Below, in pieces: positions 26,660 through 32,000 of a stretch of 32,000 bases of DNA (position 1 is the stretch's first letter; each line of letters opens with the position of its first letter). The notes under the pieces were generated by a model. The model made no database searches, was not told where the DNA came from, and saw nothing but the letters and a program-made list of their open reading frames with translations. The stretch is from Alkanindiges illinoisensis DSM 15370. Its GTDB lineage: Bacteria > Pseudomonadota > Gammaproteobacteria > Pseudomonadales > Moraxellaceae. Made by a program: the position numbers and the translations under genes. The stretch lies in NCBI RefSeq assembly GCF_000619845.1, contig NZ_KK211037.1:120001-152000 (forward strand), in the 5' to 3' direction.

Positions 26660-27259
26660 CCTATGTATCTGAGGTATAAAGCCAGCTTTTAGTATATTTA
26701 CAACAGACCGAGGTGTAATAAGCTGAATTTCATCTCCAAGCCTTAAATTGCCCTCAATTCTGGTATAACCATCAGCTGTCCATAGATAATATCCGTTATG
26801 CCAGTTTAGAAGCGGCCGATTTTCATGTTCAAAGAAAGCACCAACTGGCAGTTCGACAAATGGATAAAACTGATTTTTGCCTATTCTTTCCTGATGCAGC
26901 CACTTATCAATTTCCGAAATAGAAATACGGGTCAATTCAGGATGAGGCCAATTTACCTTAAGCCATAATTGCTTAAACACATTAAACCTTTCTCTTTGGC
27001 ATTCCGCACAAGGTCGATGCCCAGCAGCCAGCGCAGTAGCTTCATCCAGAAAAAATAATTCTGAATAATGATTTGGAGAAAAGACTTTGCGTTGTCGACC
27101 TTTAAAATCGAGTTGACAAATTACCCAAGCCTTATGCGCATGGGTACGAATAATTTGCTGTTGATCATTATGTAAAATGCCGCGATTACCCAGCCAAAAA
27201 CCACGTGTATTAATAGCCAGTAAGTTACCCCAAGGATCTACACGATTTTGCAAAGGCAT
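26639..27259 (-). CDS. conserved hypothetical protein with GHRPCAEC (Ada-Zn-finger-like) motif
   Basis: 206 aa. MPLQNRVDPWGNLLA...GNRGILH...ELFFLDEATALAAGHRPCAECQRERF. I recall homologues annotated only as hypothetical. AT-richer than its neighbours. Its 3' end overlaps the MocR 3' end by 21 nt (convergent). Confidence 0.55.
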   Translation of the reverse strand: MPLQNRVDPWGNLLAINTRGFWLGNRGILHNDQQQIIRTHAHKAWVICQLDFKGRQRKVFSPNHYSELFFLDEATALAAGHRPCAECQRERFNVFKQLWLKVNWPHPELTRISISEIDKWLHQERIGKNQFYPFVELPVGAFFEHENRPLLNWHNGYYLWTADGYTRIEGNLRLGDEIQLITPRSVVNILKAGFIPQIHRSIESSC

Positions 27260-27310
27260 GCTGTACTCTTGATTTTATTAATCAGTGATTTAAATGATGG
27301 GTTTAAAGAT

Positions 27311-28486
27311 TTACTTCCGATTCCGTCCATATGCATCATGGCTGGATACCCATTCATTCGACACAATGGCCGAAGCCAATGACAGCTCACCACACAATAC
27401 CGTAGCAGCAATAATTTCGGCCAGCTTATATGCCTTGCCAGCGCCGTAGCAATCCATGGCTTGCAGACATTCGCGCTGGGTGGGCAAGCCAGTGCCACCA
27501 CCATAAGTGGCGACAATCAGCGATGGAATAGTCACCGACATATAATAATCGCCATTGTCCTTGAGTTCGGTGTAAACAAAACCGGCACTGGATTCGGCCA
27601 CATTGGCAATATCCTGCCCGCAGGCCAGAAACACCGCTGCCACGCCATTGGCAAAGTGCGCGCCATTACTCACTGAACCACACATGAATGCACCCAGATT
27701 GGACAAGCCGCGCTGATACATTAAATCCTCAGCCGTACAGTGCATGATCGGTTGAAACAGTTCGGCAGGAATAGTGATTTCCGCCACCACGCGCTTGCCA
27801 CGACTATGCAGGTTGTTTACCGCCGAGTGTTTTTTGTCCGTATCAAAGTTGGCTGCCAGCGTAAAGTGCTCTAAACCGGGTGGTTGCTGCGCCAGAATCC
27901 ACTGGCAGGCGGCATGGGTGGCCTTGGATACCATATTTTGCCCGGCGGCATCACCCGTGGTCATGTTAAAGCGCAACCAGCGCATCTTGCTGGCGGCATA
28001 TTGTTCAATATCGCGCAGCTTGCCGCTGCTAGTAGTGGTTTCGGAAGCGGCTTTGATCTCTGCAAAATGGGCATCGACCCACTGGCCAAAATCGCGGGCG
28101 GCACGGGCATCCTTAAACACAAATACGGGCGCACGCTGCATGGCATCATCAATCACGGTGGTGGTAATGCCACCTGCTGCACGGGTCAGGCTCATGCCGC
28201 GGCTATAACTGGCCACCAGTGTGCCTTCGGTAGTGGCCATGGGCACATAAAACTCGCCTTGCGCATATTCGCCATGTACGAGCAATGGCCCAGCAAAACC
28301 CATTGGCACCTGTACAATACCGCTAAAACCTTCAATATTGCCGGGCAGGGCTTCGGGTAGAATGGAGTATTGTCCGGTATGATACAGCGAGTGACCGCTG
28401 TTGTTTTCAACCACAGTACGGCGTGCAGCAGCCATGTCATGCGTGTAATCATTGCTTTTATTGCGTGGCAGTTTTTCCAGTGCCAT
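27311..28486 (-). CDS. hydroxymethylglutaryl-CoA reductase, class I (eukaryote/archaeal-type catalytic domain)
   Basis: 391 aa. Aligns by eye to human HMGR catalytic blocks: VQVPMGFAGPLLV..EFYVPMATTEGTLVASYSRG (E559 region), TGDAAGQNM (DAMGMN), TDKKHSAVNNLHSRGKRVVAE (K691 region), FLACGQDIANV (D767), ATYGGGTGLPTQ (GTVGGGT), CGELSLASAIVSNEWVSSH (H866). Confidence 0.85.
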   Translation of the reverse strand: MALEKLPRNKSNDYTHDMAAARRTVVENNSGHSLYHTGQYSILPEALPGNIEGFSGIVQVPMGFAGPLLVHGEYAQGEFYVPMATTEGTLVASYSRGMSLTRAAGGITTTVIDDAMQRAPVFVFKDARAARDFGQWVDAHFAEIKAASETTTSSGKLRDIEQYAASKMRWLRFNMTTGDAAGQNMVSKATHAACQWILAQQPPGLEHFTLAANFDTDKKHSAVNNLHSRGKRVVAEITIPAELFQPIMHCTAEDLMYQRGLSNLGAFMCGSVSNGAHFANGVAAVFLACGQDIANVAESSAGFVYTELKDNGDYYMSVTIPSLIVATYGGGTGLPTQRECLQAMDCYGAGKAYKLAEIIAATVLCGELSLASAIVSNEWVSSHDAYGRNRK

Positions 28487-28588
28487 GTTTTTGTCCTTAA
28501 TTTTTAATCAGTGGCTCAATGCATAAACCCGGTTATAAGTGATCTCAGCGAGCCTGACAAGCTTTGATTTCGTGATCAAGGTTGCATT

Positions 28589-29026
28589 CTATTCAGTTTT
28601 AAAATTTTCATTAATTTTTTTAATTGTCGTCATTAAAACTGTTGTAACAATGAACCATAGGCTAATGGCGATTATTCCTAAATGAACGGATGTGGTTTTT
28701 GACGAATCTAATGCTTGCATATCGCTGTAAGTGAATATGGTCAGTCCTAGAAGCAATGCGGCAGATACAGCAGTTAAAGCAATATCAGGGCGACGACTTA
28801 GCAGGATAAAGGCTATAAACAAACATGGATTGGCAAGCCATGCAAAATTTCCATCCAGTATAGTAAGCCATCCTAGCAAAACAAATATCCAGCCCTGTTC
28901 AAAGCTTTCGTGTTTAGGATAAATAAATAGAGGCAAGTCGCTTATGAGTACATAGGGAATCATCAAGAAATAGCAAAACAGGAGATGGTGATTGCGGGTT
29001 TGTAATAAGCCAAATGTCCTTTTCAT
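28589..29026 (-). CDS. hypothetical polytopic membrane protein
   Basis: 145 aa, about 4 hydrophobic segments, in the most AT-rich stretch of the window. No family recognised. Confidence 0.45.
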   Translation of the reverse strand: MKRTFGLLQTRNHHLLFCYFLMIPYVLISDLPLFIYPKHESFEQGWIFVLLGWLTILDGNFAWLANPCLFIAFILLSRRPDIALTAVSAALLLGLTIFTYSDMQALDSSKTTSVHLGIIAISLWFIVTTVLMTTIKKINENFKTE

Positions 29027-29107
29027 TATTATGATATCTCAACTTTATTAAATGAAATCAAAGATGACAATACAGTCACCTTTGATTTTACATCGTTTTA
29101 GTATTAA

Positions 29108-29266
29108 TTACTGATAGGCAAACTGGGCAAAAAAGCGGAATGCTCCGGCAATTGCACCCATCGCCAGCACGCCCAGTACCCACAAGCCCACAAACCATAA
29201 CAGTTGGCGTACTTTGCCTTGTGCCGGAGCAGGCTTGGTTTCAGGAACTTGCTTACCTGGATTCAT
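29108..29266 (-). CDS. small membrane protein, DUF2474-like, accessory to the cytochrome bd/CIO operon
   Basis: Not in the ORF track (52 codons). My translation is MNPGKQVPETKPAPAQGKVRQLLWFVGLWVLGVLAMGAIAGAFRFFAQFAYQ*. GAGGAG SD lies 6 nt before the ATG, which is 20 nt after the cydB stop. Single TM with an RxLxWFVxLW motif, as I recall for DUF2474. Confidence 0.65.
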   Translation of the reverse strand: MNPGKQVPETKPAPAQGKVRQLLWFVGLWVLGVLAMGAIAGAFRFFAQFAYQ

Positions 29267-29286
29267 GGCGTACTCCTCATTGCGCA

Positions 29287-30291
29287 TTAATGATAGCCTT
29301 CGCTGCCCACATGGATTTTGCCGCGAAATACCCAGTACGACAGCGCGGTATAGGCCAGAATAATCGGAATTAAAATTGCTGCGCCTACCAGTGTAAACGC
29401 CTGACTGCTACGCGGTGCCGCGGCATCCCAGATGGTAATGTTGGGTGGAATAATCATTGGCCACAAACTAATGATAAAACCGCTAAAGGCAATGAAAAAC
29501 ATGAGCAGGGCATAAATAAATGGTCTGGCCTGTTGCTGTTTCTGGCAGGCACGCCAGATGGCATAGGTACACCATAGCACTAGAATAGGCACAGGCAGGA
29601 AGTAAAAAAATTGCGGCATGCTAAACCAGCGTTCGGCAATGGTGGGATTATTGAGTGGCGTCCACAGGCTGACAATCCCAAAAATCACCAGTAGCGTCAG
29701 TCCTAGCTTGGGCATCAGGTGGTACATCTCCTGTTGCAAGTCATGACTGGTTTTCAGGATCAGCCAGCCACAGCCCAGCGCGGCATAGGCTACCAGCACC
29801 CCAATGCCGGTAAACACGGAAAATGGGGTGAGCCAGTCAAACGCGCCGCCAGCAAAACGCTGGTCAACAATGGTAATGCCCTGAATATAAGCACCCAGAA
29901 TGATGCCTTGCAGCAGTGCAGTGGCAATGGAACCGCCAATAAAGGCCATGTCCCATAAATGCTTGGTACGGTTGGCCTTAAAGCGGATTTCAAAGGCAAC
30001 ACCACGGAAAATCAGTGCCACCACCATTAAAATAATGGGCAGGTATAGCGCCGACAGCACCGCTGAATACACCAGTGGAAATGCAGCAAACAAGCCAGCA
30101 CCGCCCAGCACCATCCAGGTTTCATTGCCATCCCACACCGGAGCCACGGTGTTCATCATGACATCGCGTTCCGGCTGCTGGGGAAAAAATGGAAACAGGA
30201 TGCCAATACCCAGATCGAAGCCATCCATCACCACATACATCAGCACGCCAAAGGCAATAATGCCAGCCCAGACCAGTGATAAATCCAGCAT
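29287..30291 (-). CDS. cydB: cytochrome bd-type ubiquinol oxidase subunit II (short, CioB-like)
   Basis: MLDLSLVWAGIIAFGVLMYVVMDGFDLGIGILFPF...APVWDGNETWMVLGG is the canonical CydB N-terminus. 334 aa is the CIO-type length. The start is 2 nt after the cydA stop. Confidence 0.92.
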   Translation of the reverse strand: MLDLSLVWAGIIAFGVLMYVVMDGFDLGIGILFPFFPQQPERDVMMNTVAPVWDGNETWMVLGGAGLFAAFPLVYSAVLSALYLPIILMVVALIFRGVAFEIRFKANRTKHLWDMAFIGGSIATALLQGIILGAYIQGITIVDQRFAGGAFDWLTPFSVFTGIGVLVAYAALGCGWLILKTSHDLQQEMYHLMPKLGLTLLVIFGIVSLWTPLNNPTIAERWFSMPQFFYFLPVPILVLWCTYAIWRACQKQQQARPFIYALLMFFIAFSGFIISLWPMIIPPNITIWDAAAPRSSQAFTLVGAAILIPIILAYTALSYWVFRGKIHVGSEGYH

Positions 30292-30293
30292 GA

Positions 30294-31802
30294 TTAGCGC
30301 TCCTCATCTGATGGCAGTTTGCGGGGGTCAGTGTTGTCGGTACTGTTGTTAGCCTCTGTTGAGGCGTCAGGTGCTGAGGGACGCGGGGAGGGATTGTCAA
30401 CCGGTGCCTCATCGGCAGCAGTCACCGGACGCATCGGCGTTTTGAACTGGCCGGGGCCGCCGGTTTGCTGATCCTGCGCCAATGGCTGCGGCCCTTGGTT
30501 GAGCAATTTCAGCATGTAATAAATACCCACGCCAAATACCACACAATACACCACCACAAAAATGATCAGGGTCAGGCCCACTTGTTCGGCACTAACCGGA
30601 GATAGCGCATCCTTGGTCCGCAGCACGCCATACACCACCCATGGCTGGCGCCCAACTTCGGTGGTGATCCAGCCAGCCAGCAGGCTCACAAAACCGCTGC
30701 CGCCCATCAAAAAGGCAAACCTATGGAAATTCCGGCTGTCATACAGGCGATTCTTGAGGCGTAAATACAGGCTAATAAACCCGAGCAAAATCATCAGCAG
30801 GCCAACACCCACCATGATTCGGAAACTCCAGAACACAATCAGGCTGTTGGGGCGATCTTCGGGGGCAAATTCTTTTAAACCTTTGATCTCGCCTTCTAAG
30901 GAGTGCGCCAGCAGCAAACTGCCCAGATAAGGCACACCGATGGCATATCTGGTTTCTTCAGCCTGCATATCCGGAATGCCAAACAGCAGCAATTCCATCG
31001 GTTCATGCTTGTTGGTTTCCCAATGTCCTTCAATGGCTGCCAGTTTGGCCGGTTGGTGCTCAAGGGTATTTAAGCCATGCTGGTCACCAATTACAGCCTG
31101 CAAGGGCGCAAGCACCGCAATCAGCCACAACGCCATGGAAAAGGTTTTTTTAATCAGCGCATCACGGCGGCCCTTGAGCAAATGCCAGCCGCCCGCACCG
31201 GCCACCAGTAACGCAGCAACCAGAAAAGCCGCCACCACCATGTGCGCCAGCCGGTACGGGAAGGAGGGATTAAACACAATAGCCCACCAGTCCACCGGAA
31301 CAATCCGGCCACCTTCAATGGCAAAGCCCTGCGGTGTTTGCATCCAGCTATTACTGGACAAGATCCAGAAGGTGGAAATACAGGTGCCAATAGCCACCAT
31401 CAGTGTGGCAAAAAAATGCAGCTTTGGCCCCACCTTGTTCCAGCCAAACAGCATGATGCCCAGAAAGCCGGCTTCCAGAAAAAAGGCGGTCATCACTTCA
31501 TAGGTCAGCAAAGGACCAGTAACTGCCCCGGCAAAGCGGGAAAACTCGCTCCAGTTGGTGCCAAACTGGTAACTCATCACCACCCCGGACACCACGCCCA
31601 TGCCAAAGGCCACGGCAAAAATCTTGATCCAGAAAAAATACAGATCACGATAGACCGGATTTTTGGTTCTCAGCCACGAGGCTTCCAGCACTGCCAGAAA
31701 ACTGGCCAGTCCAATGGAAATGGCCGGAAAGATAATATGAAAGGATACGGTAAAGGCAAACTGTATCCGCGCCAGCTCAAGCGCCGTTAGGCCTAAAGTC
31801 AT
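30294..31802 (-). CDS. cydA: cytochrome bd-type ubiquinol oxidase subunit I (short Q-loop, CioA-like) with C-terminal low-complexity tail
   Basis: LELARIQFAFTVSFHIIFPAISIGL, GVVMSYQFGTNWS, AAIEGHWET, GWITTEVGRQPWVVYGVLRT are canonical CydA blocks. GGAGG SD before the ATG. The last ~68 aa are Pro/Asp/Ser-rich. Confidence 0.93.
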   Translation of the reverse strand: MTLGLTALELARIQFAFTVSFHIIFPAISIGLASFLAVLEASWLRTKNPVYRDLYFFWIKIFAVAFGMGVVSGVVMSYQFGTNWSEFSRFAGAVTGPLLTYEVMTAFFLEAGFLGIMLFGWNKVGPKLHFFATLMVAIGTCISTFWILSSNSWMQTPQGFAIEGGRIVPVDWWAIVFNPSFPYRLAHMVVAAFLVAALLVAGAGGWHLLKGRRDALIKKTFSMALWLIAVLAPLQAVIGDQHGLNTLEHQPAKLAAIEGHWETNKHEPMELLLFGIPDMQAEETRYAIGVPYLGSLLLAHSLEGEIKGLKEFAPEDRPNSLIVFWSFRIMVGVGLLMILLGFISLYLRLKNRLYDSRNFHRFAFLMGGSGFVSLLAGWITTEVGRQPWVVYGVLRTKDALSPVSAEQVGLTLIIFVVVYCVVFGVGIYYMLKLLNQGPQPLAQDQQTGGPGQFKTPMRPVTAADEAPVDNPSPRPSAPDASTEANNSTDNTDPRKLPSDEER

Positions 31803-32000
31803 GCTGCCTCCGCAATGCTAAAAATCAATTCATCAAGACCAGAATATAAAAGTCAAAAAATACAGATTGAAATAAAAATTACAGTATTTGTATTTCAATC
31901 CATACCGCACACTAAAATAATCAGGCTGGCGTGTCCTGACTATTTAAACCATGCCTGTTTAAATGATGTTTAACCGATTTATTAAAATCAGGCTGTTAAT

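Noticed and set aside
28562-28581. FNR/CRP-like palindrome cTTTGAT-ttcgtg-ATCAAgg upstream of the HMG-CoA reductase gene
   Set aside because: The spacer is 6 nt rather than the 4 nt of FNR/ANR boxes, and the half-sites are not CRP-like. It lies only 8 nt beyond the stop of the upstream membrane gene, so it could equally be a weak 3' hairpin. There is no U-tract, so it was not called as a terminator either.
31820-31840. ATCAA-ttc-ATCAA just upstream of cydA as an ANR/FNR site
   Set aside because: The two half-sites are direct, not inverted. On the gene strand it reads TTGAT-gaat-TGATT, which lacks the ATCAA half.
1-32000. Scan for tRNA, rRNA, CRISPR arrays, IS terminal inverted repeats, integrases, toxin-antitoxin pairs, and retron or DGR reverse transcriptases
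   Set aside because: No ORF shows transposase, integrase or RT motifs. There are no regularly spaced repeat arrays. No cloverleaf-like or rRNA-like conserved stretches were recognised in the short intergenic regions.

Overview
Chromosomal segment of a gammaproteobacterium. The gene order is Pseudomonadales/Moraxellaceae-like: nadC-DUF1631-ampD; tsaC-dprA-LysM/TsaP divergent from def; eptA-pmrA-pmrB as one operon. I can support about 36 protein-coding genes, with high coding density. I recognised no rRNA, tRNA, CRISPR array, IS element, integrase or phage gene. Most of the window is housekeeping: murJ, bolA-family, rarA, ycgN, tsaC, dprA, def, and a CIO-type cytochrome bd oxidase. Seven places deserve a second look. 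(1) A lipid A phosphoethanolamine transferase operon (eptA-pmrA-pmrB) has a convergent PAP2 phosphatase gene, and near-identical PmrA-type direct-repeat boxes lie about 50 bp upstream of both eptA and the PAP2 gene. (2) An in-frame 15-bp tandem repeat sits inside the PmrA receiver domain. (3) The uncharacterised radical-SAM + DUF4130 'DNA modification/repair' gene pair is present without a uracil-DNA-glycosylase module. (4) After def, where fmt would be expected, the order changes to a MocR regulator, a conserved 206-aa unknown, an orphan class-I-type HMG-CoA reductase with intact catalytic motifs, and an AT-rich membrane-protein gene. (5) An AT-rich islet between rarA and ycgN encodes a protein that looks like tandem DUF4279 plus a small membrane protein. 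(6) A 52-codon DUF2474-like ORF downstream of cydB is missing from the ORF track. (7) Several hypothetical membrane or exported protein genes remain unassigned. All calls rest on reading translated motifs and the DNA by eye. No database search was run, so family names are recollections to be confirmed by HMM/BLAST.
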